Origin: Leptospira sp.
GTDB taxonomy: Bacteria > Spirochaetota > Leptospiria > Leptospirales > Leptospiraceae
Length of the DNA stretch: 64,000 bases
Direction: 5' to 3'
Assembly (NCBI GenBank): GCA_034439575.1
Contig: JAWXAQ010000033.1
Location: 192,001 to 256,000, forward strand
Shown here in pieces: positions 10,718 to 20,171 of the stretch. The translations under genes were made by a program, and so were the position numbers. The notes beneath the pieces were generated by a model that worked only from the letters and a program-made list of their open reading frames with translations, searched no databases and was not told where the DNA came from. Position 1 is the stretch's first letter; each line of letters begins with the position of its first letter.

Positions 10718-11356
10718 ATGAAAATCATAGCCTACCTACTTTTTTTTAGTGTTGTTTTCTCATTGGTAGCCAAGAGCACTCTTTCCTACCGTGAGAGAAA
10801 AAAACAATTTGATCAGAAAATTACCCTTCTCTTTGACATCCGCGAAAATCTTTCCTTAGAAGAAGAAGCAGGCAAAAATCCATTGGGTGCGGTCAAACAA
10901 AACGTGGAAGAAGCTTACCGCGCAGGTGCTCGTGCTGAAATGGAAAAAAGTCTGACACTTGCTGAAGGGGAAGTTGTTTATGTAGCACGTAAACTATGTT
11001 CCAAATTAGAAGATATTTCCGCTGACCTTTACCAGAAGTCTCAATCTAGTTTTTATTTTGTGGAAACGGAAGAAAAAAACAGCGGCAAAAAAATGGAGTG
11101 GGATACAAGGGAAAAAATTATTCGTTACCTTGGTATGGCCAAAGTAGAGAAGGATCATGCCAAAGAATTTTTCCTATCTGGCAATTATCATATGTCCCTT
11201 CATACGTACAAAAGATCCATTGTTTACTCTTTACTTTCATTAAGAGCGCAAGGAGTGGAGACACCAGAAGGATATGCTAATGCTGCCAATTCTTGGTCAG
11301 AACCTGTATGGCAGTCCATAAATAAACAAAAGCTAGGAACCATCCAAACAAATTAA
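10718..11356 (+). CDS. Exported helical hypothetical protein
   Basis: ATG 1 nt after the upstream stop; signal peptide MKIIAYLLFFSVVFSLVA. Confidence 0.7.
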   Translation: MKIIAYLLFFSVVFSLVAKSTLSYRERKKQFDQKITLLFDIRENLSLEEEAGKNPLGAVKQNVEEAYRAGARAEMEKSLTLAEGEVVYVARKLCSKLEDISADLYQKSQSSFYFVETEEKNSGKKMEWDTREKIIRYLGMAKVEKDHAKEFFLSGNYHMSLHTYKRSIVYSLLSLRAQGVETPEGYANAANSWSEPVWQSINKQKLGTIQTN

Positions 11357-11377
11357 AATTTACACTTTAGAGATTTT

Positions 11378-12577
11378 TTGCAAAATGACTCGAAAGTGAA
11401 AATCGAGATTCTCTACAAACACTTCTTACTAACTAAGGCGAGCCATTTGCCGGTGGTTGATGCAGAGGGAAATCTTATAGGACTTCTCTCTAAAGACCGC
11501 GTATTGCGTGAGTTAGCTGACCTAGGCGAAGAGAGAACAGAATATAAAACCATTCCCATTACCCTATTAGATAAAGAATTGAGTGAAGGTTTGATCAACT
11601 TTTTTAGAGATTCAAATAAACTTCCCGTACTTGGGGACAATGGAGAAAGAAAAGAATTTTGGGATAAACCAAGATTTCTTGCCGAATTTCACAAGTTAGA
11701 TGCTACACAAAAAACTGATCCGAAACTTGTTTCCCTACAAGAAAAAAAAGAAAGAGTAAGGGACACCAAAGAATCCATACATTGGTTTATGGAAATGATT
11801 CTCGCAAATTTCCCAGATGGACTTGTGGCAACGGATGTAGCAGGAAATGTTATTTTTTATAACGAAGCATTTGAAAAAAAGTTTTTGCCTCTTCCCTTTT
11901 TTAAAGATTCCATTGAAACAGCTGAAGGTTATTTAAAGGATCTGAATCGAGATTTATTTGGCTCATATTTGCGTGAAAATGATTTAGAAATTGAATCTAA
12001 GGGACATTCATTACACAAATTACAAACACTAGTTAAAGAAGTGGATGCATTTGTAAAAATGATCACTCTTCGAAAAGAAGAGAAGGTCGCTGGATTCCTC
12101 TACCAATTTTCTCCCTTAACTTCAAACCTAGATACGATCTCAAATAAAGGTACTGTGTTTCCAGATTTGGATATGGCCCTAGCAGCTAAATTCCCCTTGG
12201 AACGAGTGTTAGAAGAGATGGAGTCTCGTTATATTTATGAGACATTAAAGCGAAATAAAAATAATATATCTCATGCGGCACAAGAATTGGAAATTCCAAG
12301 GACCACTCTCCAAAACCGCATTAAGTTTTTAAATATCACGGAGCGGTTCAAAGAAGAAGAACAGGGGAAGAAAAAAATGGTCGTCCCTCGCAAACGAACT
12401 AACGCTCAAATAAGCCTTCCAAAGAAAGAATCTAAAAAAGATTCTAGTTATCCATCTCCGAAAAAGAAAACGATTCCAACCAAAAAGAAAGCTAAGCTTG
12501 CAAAGAAGCAAATCATCAAAAAAACAATTGCGAAAAAGAAAATGAAAACTGTGAAAAATAGTAAAAAAAGACGTTGA
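11378..12577 (+). CDS. Transcriptional regulator: CBS + PAS + Fis-type HTH with a Lys-rich C-terminal tail
   Basis: CBS HLPVVDAEGNLIGLLS; PAS-like ILANFPDGLVATDVAGNVIFYN; HTH_8 LKRNKNNISHAAQELEIPRTTLQNRIK; TTG start. Confidence 0.75.
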   Translation: MQNDSKVKIEILYKHFLLTKASHLPVVDAEGNLIGLLSKDRVLRELADLGEERTEYKTIPITLLDKELSEGLINFFRDSNKLPVLGDNGERKEFWDKPRFLAEFHKLDATQKTDPKLVSLQEKKERVRDTKESIHWFMEMILANFPDGLVATDVAGNVIFYNEAFEKKFLPLPFFKDSIETAEGYLKDLNRDLFGSYLRENDLEIESKGHSLHKLQTLVKEVDAFVKMITLRKEEKVAGFLYQFSPLTSNLDTISNKGTVFPDLDMALAAKFPLERVLEEMESRYIYETLKRNKNNISHAAQELEIPRTTLQNRIKFLNITERFKEEEQGKKKMVVPRKRTNAQISLPKKESKKDSSYPSPKKKTIPTKKKAKLAKKQIIKKTIAKKKMKTVKNSKKRR

Positions 12578-12712
12578 CGGATTTCCTGAGAGAGTCACCT
12601 TTTCCCTACCATTTAGGTAAATTTCTACCGCACCCCGTAGTTTCCGCTGACATTCCAGTCATAAATGGTTTCCCAATTCTAAATTCAAAATTTAAACCTA
12701 TGTAAAATTTCT

Positions 12713-14116
12713 ATGGCATCACGCAAACAAGAAGAACTACAATTTACAAATCCCGAAGAACAACCTGAATATTCAAATGGCATCATGGACCAAGAAGAAG
12801 GTTCTGAACCCCCAAAAAACTTCAAAAAGAAACGCGGTCGTTATGAAGGTCCGATTCCTCCCTCCCTCGATTTAGTCGAGTTAAAGAAGAAAAATATCAA
12901 TGAACTCGCCGATCTTGCAAAAGGTCTAGGTGTAGAAAATACTCACGGTCTCAAAAAACAAAATCTTATGTTCGCCCTCTTACAGGCGCAAACGGAAAAA
13001 GATGGCCAAGTTCATGCCGCAGGTGTTATGGAAAAATTACCAGACGGTTATGGTTTCCTTCGCTCACCTGATTACAATTATGTGCCAGGTCCAGATGATA
13101 TTTATGTTTCTCCATCTCAAATCAAACTCTTTGGCCTTAGAACTGGTGATACAGTTGAAGGACTGATTCGCCCACCTAAGGAAGCAGAAAGATTTTTCGC
13201 GATGTTACGCGTTGAGTCTATCAATGGTTATCCTGTAGAAGTGGCTCAAAAAAGAAATTTATTTGATAACTTAACACCCCTTTATCCAGACGAAAAGATC
13301 AATATGGAATTTGACCCGAGTCATTTAGACACGCGAGTCATTGACCTTATGTGTCCTATTGGTAAAGGACAAAGAGCTCTTATCGTTGCACCACCTAGGA
13401 CTGGTAAAACTGTCCTTATGCAGTCCATTGCGAATGCTATAACAAGAAACCATCCTGAGATTTTTCTTATCGTTCTACTGATTGATGAACGTCCAGAAGA
13501 AGTAACAGATATGGCTCGTCATGTGAAAGGTGAAGTTGTCAGTTCTACCTTTGATGAACCAGCCCAAAGGCACGTGCAAGTAGCCGAAATGGTAATTGAA
13601 AAGGCAAAACGTCTCGTAGAACACGGAAGAGACGTAGTAATTTTACTCGACTCTATCACGCGTTTGGCGAGAGCATACAACCAAGTCGTTCCGACATCAG
13701 GAAAGATCCTTTCTGGTGGTGTTGACTCAAATGCTCTCCACAAACCAAAACGATTTTTTGGTGCCGCAAGGAATATCGAAGAAGGCGGATCTCTCACAAT
13801 TATTGCCACAGCTTTGATCGATACCGGTTCCAGAATGGACGAAGTTATTTTTGAAGAGTTTAAGGGAACTGGTAATATGGAAATCCATTTGGACAGAAAA
13901 CTTGCTGACAAACGAATTTTCCCTGCCATAGACATCAATCGCTCTGGAACGAGGAAGGAAGAGTTACTCCTTCCGCAAGACGTGCTCACCCGTGTCTTTA
14001 TCCTTCGAAAAGTACTTTCTCCTATGAGTATCACAGAAAGTATGGAACTATTAATCGAAAAGATGAGAACCGCCAAAACGAATGACACATTCCTGGCGAG
14101 TATGAATACAAACTAA
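12713..14116 (+). CDS. rho: Transcription termination factor Rho
   Basis: [24 protein letters not shown]...[19 protein letters not shown] and FKGTGNME motifs. Confidence 0.99.
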   Translation: MASRKQEELQFTNPEEQPEYSNGIMDQEEGSEPPKNFKKKRGRYEGPIPPSLDLVELKKKNINELADLAKGLGVENTHGLKKQNLMFALLQAQTEKDGQVHAAGVMEKLPDGYGFLRSPDYNYVPGPDDIYVSPSQIKLFGLRTGDTVEGLIRPPKEAERFFAMLRVESINGYPVEVAQKRNLFDNLTPLYPDEKINMEFDPSHLDTRVIDLMCPIGKGQRALIVAPPRTGKTVLMQSIANAITRNHPEIFLIVLLIDERPEEVTDMARHVKGEVVSSTFDEPAQRHVQVAEMVIEKAKRLVEHGRDVVILLDSITRLARAYNQVVPTSGKILSGGVDSNALHKPKRFFGAARNIEEGGSLTIIATALIDTGSRMDEVIFEEFKGTGNMEIHLDRKLADKRIFPAIDINRSGTRKEELLLPQDVLTRVFILRKVLSPMSITESMELLIEKMRTAKTNDTFLASMNTN

Positions 14117-14127
14117 GAAGGGCCACC

Positions 14128-14328
14128 ATGAAAACTGACATCCATCCAAAATACGTAGCAGCAAAAATCAAATGTGCATGTGGCAATGTGATAGAAACTA
14201 GATCTTATGCTGGCGATATGAGCGTTGAGATTTGTTCAAATTGCCATCCTTTCTTTACAGGAAAATCAAAACTGCTAGATACTACTGGCCGTGTAGATAA
14301 ATTTAAGAAAAAATACAAGATGAAATAG
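14128..14328 (+). CDS. rpmE: 50S ribosomal protein L31 (Zn-binding, C+ type)
   Basis: MKTDIHPKY...CACG...[13 protein letters not shown]...GRVDKF. Confidence 0.97.
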   Translation: MKTDIHPKYVAAKIKCACGNVIETRSYAGDMSVEICSNCHPFFTGKSKLLDTTGRVDKFKKKYKMK

Positions 14329-14384
14329 GCTTCAAAACCTTTTATTATCAGTCTAAGATTTGATCGTTTTCTAGGAGAATTCCA

Positions 14385-15179
14385 ATGGCAGTGATGGACT
14401 TTAATCGATATAAGGAAATCAACGACCAAAGGTTGAACTACAAAGAAATGGAGGATGCGAATGTCGTGTCCTATTACCGCAACACAGGTTGCGGTGACGG
14501 TTATCGCATTTATTTAAAAGTCGATGATGCTGGCCTCGTCAATGATGCCAGTTATACTACGACTGGTTGTGGTTTTGGTATTGTTGCTCTTGCCATGGCC
14601 ACCGAATATGCGAAAGGTCGCATGATGAGTGAGCTAAAGACTCTCACTCCAGAAATCCTCGAAACCTTATTTGAATTTCCTGAGCGTAGAAAAAATTACC
14701 CTGAATCAGCTTGTGCAGCTTTAAAAAAAGCAGTAGAAGATTGGGAAAAGGGTGGTGGTGTTCCTGCGGAAAAACGCATCACCAAAGCTCGAACCATGGA
14801 CTTATTACAAACCCAAGGACACTTGAAGGATTCGGATCTATCAAGCGTTATGTTAGAAAAAGAAAACTTCAACGGTGTGGATTTTTCGAACTCAAAATTG
14901 AATAATGCGTTTTTGCAAAACTCCAGTTTTGTGGGAGCCAATTTTTCAAATGCCAATTTACGTGCTTCCTTCTTTAACGGTGCCGATCTAAGAAACGCTA
15001 ATTTTCGTGGAGCTGATCTTCGTTTTGCCAAATTGGCTGGAGCAAATATCGAAGGTGCTGACTTTACGGATGCCCTGTATGATATTGGAACTCGAGTTGA
15101 TCAAAAACAAATGTATATCTTTGACACGATGATCAAAGCAGGCAAGGATTTGTATCTGACTGATGAGGAAGAAGCTTAA
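14385..15179 (+). CDS. NifU/IscU-like N-terminal domain fused to pentapeptide repeats
   Basis: NTGCGD...ASYTTTGC in the N-terminal half; (A/S)(D/N)(L/F)xx repeats such as GANFSNANLRASFFNGADLRNANFRGADLRFAKLAGANIEGADF in the C-terminal half; AGGAG RBS. Confidence 0.85.
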   Translation: MAVMDFNRYKEINDQRLNYKEMEDANVVSYYRNTGCGDGYRIYLKVDDAGLVNDASYTTTGCGFGIVALAMATEYAKGRMMSELKTLTPEILETLFEFPERRKNYPESACAALKKAVEDWEKGGGVPAEKRITKARTMDLLQTQGHLKDSDLSSVMLEKENFNGVDFSNSKLNNAFLQNSSFVGANFSNANLRASFFNGADLRNANFRGADLRFAKLAGANIEGADFTDALYDIGTRVDQKQMYIFDTMIKAGKDLYLTDEEEA

Positions 15180-15370
15180 TGCAAATTGGTGACAAAGTCA
15201 AAATCACCAAACGAACCTTTCTTTACCAAGGCATTTTTATCTTCACTGGTGCCGTTGTTGAAATCAAATCATTAGATGAATCAAACCAAACTGCGATTGT
15301 ATTGTACAATGATAAAGAAGGGCATCCTCACGATTTACAATTGGAATTGTCTGATTTAGCTCCACTTTGA
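15179..15370 (+). CDS. Small hypothetical protein (SH3/KOW-like beta protein)
   Basis: Start overlaps the upstream stop (TAATG); MQIGDKVKI pattern. Confidence 0.65.
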   Translation: MQIGDKVKITKRTFLYQGIFIFTGAVVEIKSLDESNQTAIVLYNDKEGHPHDLQLELSDLAPL

Positions 15371-15389
15371 ATTCGAAGCTCCGAATTTC

Positions 15390-15417
15390 TTGACACAAAT
15401 TTCGCTTTATATAACCT
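15390..15417 (+). promoter_or_regulatory. Putative sigma70 promoter for the STAS gene
   Basis: TTGACA-N16-TAACCT. Confidence 0.45.
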
Positions 15418-15448
15418 ATTGCTAGCGGATAACAGATTCGAATTTTAG

Positions 15449-15808
15449 ATGCTCATTCAGACTCACTCTCAAGAAAACCACTTACTTTTTTCCATCCAAC
15501 GAGATATCCTTATGGAAAATTCTAGAGAGTTTTACCAAGAATTTGAAAAATCAATGGAAGGAAAAACATTCGGAAAAATTACACTTAATTTTGGTTCCGT
15601 AAAATTTTTGGATTCTTCTGGAATTGGTGCAGTCATCAAAGCTTCGTCAGCTCTTCACAACAAAGGCATAGAAATTTTTGTTACAAACTTAAATAAAAAT
15701 TTGAACTCTGTATTTCGCTTATCCGGTTTAAATCATATTCTATCTATTTTAACATTGGATGAATATCTTTCCAAGTTCCCTGAATTTAAAAAGGCTTTGG
15801 AGCCATAA
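15449..15808 (+). CDS. STAS-domain anti-sigma-factor antagonist
   Basis: LNFGSVKFLDSSGIGAV...VFRLSGL with the phosphorylatable DSSG motif. Confidence 0.9.
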   Translation: MLIQTHSQENHLLFSIQRDILMENSREFYQEFEKSMEGKTFGKITLNFGSVKFLDSSGIGAVIKASSALHNKGIEIFVTNLNKNLNSVFRLSGLNHILSILTLDEYLSKFPEFKKALEP

Positions 15809-15809
15809 A

Positions 15810-16577
15810 ATGAAATCAGTATTTTCTATTTTTTCGGTCATCATCTTTTGTCTTCTAACTTTGGTAAGTTGTGCAAGTGGTACAAAGTCACGAGAGCTCT
15901 TATACAATAACAACGACTTTGCGGTTTACAGCGTCAAACGTGAAAATCTTTCTCTAAAATCAGAAACTAGAGTTCCAAAAACTTTTGCCCATCCTGTTCA
16001 AATTTCCGAACAAAAAATTTTAGATCTACTTGGTAATTTAAAATTTAGAAGAGAAAGTTCTTATGGTAATATAAACTTATTTGCATTTGAAGAAGAAGAG
16101 ATAAAAGATTTTGCTCCAGATCTTTCCGATGCATTACAAAAAATAAAAACGGGAGAACTTCTTCTCGTTATTTCAAAATTCAATCCATTGAAATCAGTTG
16201 TTTCTCATTATGTGCGCACAAGTTTTTATATGTGGTCCACTGATAAAACTATAGAAATCGTTTTTGGGGAAATCCAAAAAGAAATCGAATTTGATGAGCA
16301 GGGAAATTATTACGACTGGTCACGTATTCCAGAAATATCTTTTGATAACACTGCGGATGCCTATTCGGTGATCCCAAATTCAGCCTATGCTTATAAACAA
16401 GTAGAAGGTTTTAAAAATAAACGATGGTTAGTTTTTAATAAATCTGAAATTGAAAATATAAAATTTGAGAAAAGAAAATCAAAAGTGAAAGAAGTATCAA
16501 AAACGATAGAATCAGATATGTCCACTCCTGAAAAGAGAGTGGATAGAGACGAAGAAGACGCTATTATTCAAGATTAA
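15810..16577 (+). CDS. Putative lipoprotein
   Basis: Signal peptide with lipobox LVSC; ATG 1 nt after the STAS stop. Confidence 0.7.
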   Translation: MKSVFSIFSVIIFCLLTLVSCASGTKSRELLYNNNDFAVYSVKRENLSLKSETRVPKTFAHPVQISEQKILDLLGNLKFRRESSYGNINLFAFEEEEIKDFAPDLSDALQKIKTGELLLVISKFNPLKSVVSHYVRTSFYMWSTDKTIEIVFGEIQKEIEFDEQGNYYDWSRIPEISFDNTADAYSVIPNSAYAYKQVEGFKNKRWLVFNKSEIENIKFEKRKSKVKEVSKTIESDMSTPEKRVDRDEEDAIIQD

Positions 16578-16584
16578 TAAAATC

Positions 16585-18255
16585 TTATCTAGCATTTGAA
16601 GGAATGGTTCTTTCTGTTTGAATGCTTCCGTCTTGACCCAATTGCAATATTGTTTTTCCGAGCACTGAATTTAGTGGTGCTCTATAAATTCTTCCCGCTC
16701 CGAAACTGACTTCAACTCCTGGAAAAATTTCTCTTTGCACTTCAACATAAGCGGTTTTGCTCGGTTCATAGGATCCAAGTGCAGTCTCAAATTGTTTTTG
16801 TTGAGTTTCAAGTAAGTTCGAATATTTTTCATTGGCTTCTTTTAATTTAGAAATCATTTCTTTTTCATCTTCTTTCAATTCTCTCTTCTGAGATTGTTCT
16901 AGTAACTTTTGTAAGGTGAGTTGAACCTTTCTAAGTGTTGATTCCTTTTCTGTAATTTCATAGCGCATACGATTGAGTTCTTCTAATAAATCAGGGGGAG
17001 TTCCAATGGCGATTTTGGTTTTAGTTTCTACTACGGCACCTAACTTTTGGCATGCTATAAAGTTTCCAGCGATAATTGTGCCTCCTATGATTTCACCTCG
17101 ACCACCCGCCGCCTGGATAAAATCTTTCGCAGAAAGTTCAGAATGCATTGAGGCCTCTTCGATAAAAATGCTTCCGCCGGCGGTGAGTTTGCCTTGTTCT
17201 ACGAACTTTACGTAGATATTGCCCTCGGATTCGATAAAACCTTCCCCACGTCCCATAAACCCACCAGAGATCACGATATCACCTTTAGCTTTTAAGAAGG
17301 CTTTGCCGACGGAACTATTGATGATGATACTTCCATTCGTATTTAATGAAAAACCATCACCTATTTTTTGTTCGACGATAATAGTTCCAGGAAAATCAAC
17401 ATTTCCGGTCGAATAATCCACTGCTTCGAGATTGATTACTTCATCGACACGTATTTCCCCATTCCTTTCAAGCACAGGTCGCCCAGCAATTTTGGAATAA
17501 AGTTTCCCATCTCTTTCTTCAACGTTATTTCCTATGATCCAGTATGCTTCTCTTTCTGATTGGCAAGGTATAATTTCAGAAGTCACAGTTTTTCCTTGCT
17601 GACCAGCCTTAGGTGGAATTTTCTCTGCAAGTAATACGTCTGGTTTAACAGATTGAATCATCGAGATATTTTTATAATCCATTCTACCGTGTTCATCTTC
17701 TTCCAAATGAGGTTTGTTATCTGATCGAAAATACAGTTTAATTTCGCCATCCCGACCGGGAATGGCAGGAAAACCTTTGGCAAAAAGTATGGGTGATAAA
17801 AAAACAGGTTCCCTTATGATAGAAATGACAATAGGATCAAGGATACCCACACTAACACCCACACTTGCAAATTGTTCGCGAAGTTGATGTTCTGTGAGTA
17901 AAGCACCACCATGTTTTGGAGGATGGAGAATTAAAGTCGCTGACATATGATCTTCGGCAATATGAATATCGACGTAAGATTCTTCTGGTGTACCCTTTGA
18001 CCAATGCCCAATTTCAATTTCTCGACCATCAGCGATAGCAATGATTTTTTTGATTTGTTCCGGGTCGTAATTCTCTACACCAAATAATTTGATTCTTGAA
18101 ATGACATCTTTGATATCAACTTTTTTGCCCTTGGCACCTGCTTTTGTTACACGGAGAAAGGCCTTACCAACTTTATTTTCAATTTGGAAAAAACCATTTT
18201 CATTGTTTTCAAGGTCTTGTAAGATTCTATCAGTGTATGATTCTGGATTTGCCAT
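16585..18255 (-). CDS. FapA/DUF342-family protein (flagellar assembly protein A-like)
   Basis: GRDGEIK...GRMDYKNI, VDYSTGNVDFPG, beta-helix repeats, coiled coil and IFPGVEV. Confidence 0.85.
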   Translation of the reverse strand: MANPESYTDRILQDLENNENGFFQIENKVGKAFLRVTKAGAKGKKVDIKDVISRIKLFGVENYDPEQIKKIIAIADGREIEIGHWSKGTPEESYVDIHIAEDHMSATLILHPPKHGGALLTEHQLREQFASVGVSVGILDPIVISIIREPVFLSPILFAKGFPAIPGRDGEIKLYFRSDNKPHLEEDEHGRMDYKNISMIQSVKPDVLLAEKIPPKAGQQGKTVTSEIIPCQSEREAYWIIGNNVEERDGKLYSKIAGRPVLERNGEIRVDEVINLEAVDYSTGNVDFPGTIIVEQKIGDGFSLNTNGSIIINSSVGKAFLKAKGDIVISGGFMGRGEGFIESEGNIYVKFVEQGKLTAGGSIFIEEASMHSELSAKDFIQAAGGRGEIIGGTIIAGNFIACQKLGAVVETKTKIAIGTPPDLLEELNRMRYEITEKESTLRKVQLTLQKLLEQSQKRELKEDEKEMISKLKEANEKYSNLLETQQKQFETALGSYEPSKTAYVEVQREIFPGVEVSFGAGRIYRAPLNSVLGKTILQLGQDGSIQTERTIPSNAR

Positions 18256-18258
18256 AGT

Positions 18259-19329
18259 TTAAAAATTATATTCTAATATATGTTTGACGATATCAATTTC
18301 GCCAGAAATTCGTATGTCTAAAATTTTAGAAATACTGTTAGAATTGTCAATTCCAGAAATAACATTTTCAAAATTACAATCTGAAATATCGGAATGACTC
18401 ATATAGGCACTGTGAAAATATTTTTGTAAAGATTGCACTAAAAATGGAAACTCTGCAAAGTCACCACGATCTGTATAAAGAATCGGAGTATTTGCCAGAT
18501 AACATTCAGATAAAATTCCATAACCAGGTTTTGTTAAAACATAATCGCAGGCAGTCACTAAATCTGGATAATAACAATTTTCTGGTGATATAACATGCTT
18601 TAAATCAAGACCTGGAACACCGTAAGCCACCAATTGTATTTCTTTTGATAACTTTTCCCATTTCATTTCAAAGCCAGACAGTCCATAAGCACCAAAGGAA
18701 AGTAATATATACTTTTTATCTTTTTGAAAGCCAAAAGATTTTCTTGCTTCATTTTTTGAAAGATTGGGTTTTCTACCGACGAGACCGACATTGCTAAATT
18801 CGAGAAATGGAGGCATGGGACAAGTGAAAGGTAAAAACAAACCTTCCGTTGCGAACGAATATTCAGTACGATAAATGTCGCTTATGACTGAAAAATATGG
18901 ATCATCTTTTGCATAATTTTGATAAATAAAATCCCATGTAAAATTTCCTATAAAAATGGATGGAATCCCAACTTCCACAGCCAAAACTAAAGGCAATGAA
19001 GCAGCATCAGTGAGTATGAGTTGAATTTTATTTTTACGGCAATACTTAGCCTCTGTTTGAAGGAGAGAATTTTTTATTTTTTCAAACTCTTGTAAGCTTT
19101 CTTTTGTTTTTGTAATATCTAAAGAAAGCGAATCTTTCTGAAAGACCCCTACATCCAAATTCAATTCTCGTTTAATCAGTTTAGGATGGGACCAATCTAT
19201 AAACTGGACTCGACTAGAAATCAAATGTACTTCACTAATTTCCTTTTGATTTAATAACTCTTTAAGTATAACTGATGTTCGACTGATATGTCCAAACCCA
19301 TGACCAGAAGCGTAATAATATATATTCAA
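18259..19329 (-). CDS. GT-B glycosyltransferase
   Basis: YYASGHGFGHISR, NFTWDFIY and KPGYGILSE motifs. Confidence 0.8.
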   Translation of the reverse strand: MNIYYYASGHGFGHISRTSVILKELLNQKEISEVHLISSRVQFIDWSHPKLIKRELNLDVGVFQKDSLSLDITKTKESLQEFEKIKNSLLQTEAKYCRKNKIQLILTDAASLPLVLAVEVGIPSIFIGNFTWDFIYQNYAKDDPYFSVISDIYRTEYSFATEGLFLPFTCPMPPFLEFSNVGLVGRKPNLSKNEARKSFGFQKDKKYILLSFGAYGLSGFEMKWEKLSKEIQLVAYGVPGLDLKHVISPENCYYPDLVTACDYVLTKPGYGILSECYLANTPILYTDRGDFAEFPFLVQSLQKYFHSAYMSHSDISDCNFENVISGIDNSNSISKILDIRISGEIDIVKHILEYNF

Positions 19330-19332
19330 GAC

Positions 19333-20166
19333 TTAACCTTTGTTTTGTTGTCTTATGGATTCGTATAAAACGATACCACAGGACATTGCCAAATTTAAAG
19401 AATCAGCTTCACCGAACATAGGTAAGTAGAGTTTTTTGTCACTTATAGCTTTTGCTTCGGGGCTTAGTCCGTATTGTTCACTTCCAAATAGAAAAGCAGA
19501 TTTTTTTGTGAGATCAACACTTGAATAGAGAATGTTTCCTTCGGGTGTCACAGCATAGATTTGGTATCCGAACTTTCTTAAATTCGAAATTGTATTGTTT
19601 AAATCACTAATATAAGTTGGAAGCGTGAAAAGAGTTCCGGTGCTTGCACGAATTACGTTTGGATTAAAAAGATCTATCCTCGGATCAGTGATGATCACAA
19701 GTCCCACACCTGCTCCTTCTGCGGATCGTAAAATTGTCCCTAAATTCCCCGGTTTTTCAACACCTTCAATGATAAGGATTGGATTTGTGTCGATTCTGGA
19801 AAGCGTATCCCAAATCATTTCTGCATTGGGAGTTTCTGCTATGGCAATGAGTCCGTCAGGGCGATCTCGATAGGAAATTTTTTCGAAGATTTTTTTCGGA
19901 AGTTCATAGACTGGACAATGGACACTAGATACTAACTTTTGTTCGTTCTTTCCTAAATAACATTCGGGGGAAATAAATAAAGAATGGAGATTGATCGGAA
20001 AACAATCTAGGTCATTTGATTTTTTAGTAATGGCTTTTTGGATTTCACGATAACCTTCTATAAAAAATTTTTTCTCCTCATCTCTGTTACGTTTTTCTTT
20101 GAGAGATGAAACCCATTTTACTTTTGGATTGGAAAAACTTGTAATTTCTTGGACTTTGATGGGCAT
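19333..20166 (-). CDS. TrmH/SpoU-family RNA methyltransferase
   Basis: EKPGNLGTILRSA, FGSEQYGLS and LPMFGEADSLNLA SPOUT motifs. Confidence 0.92.
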   Translation of the reverse strand: MPIKVQEITSFSNPKVKWVSSLKEKRNRDEEKKFFIEGYREIQKAITKKSNDLDCFPINLHSLFISPECYLGKNEQKLVSSVHCPVYELPKKIFEKISYRDRPDGLIAIAETPNAEMIWDTLSRIDTNPILIIEGVEKPGNLGTILRSAEGAGVGLVIITDPRIDLFNPNVIRASTGTLFTLPTYISDLNNTISNLRKFGYQIYAVTPEGNILYSSVDLTKKSAFLFGSEQYGLSPEAKAISDKKLYLPMFGEADSLNLAMSCGIVLYESIRQQNKG

Positions 20167-20171
20167 TCCAT

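Noticed and set aside
13519..14088. 189-aa minus-strand ORF inside rho (similar long antisense ORFs at 37245-37766, 35872-36270 and 58119-58532)
   Set aside because: Antisense shadows of strongly conserved or low-complexity genes; Ser/Ile/Phe-rich with no motifs.
14860..15080. 15-nt periodicity in the DNA
   Set aside because: Explained by pentapeptide repeat coding, not a DNA-level repeat element.
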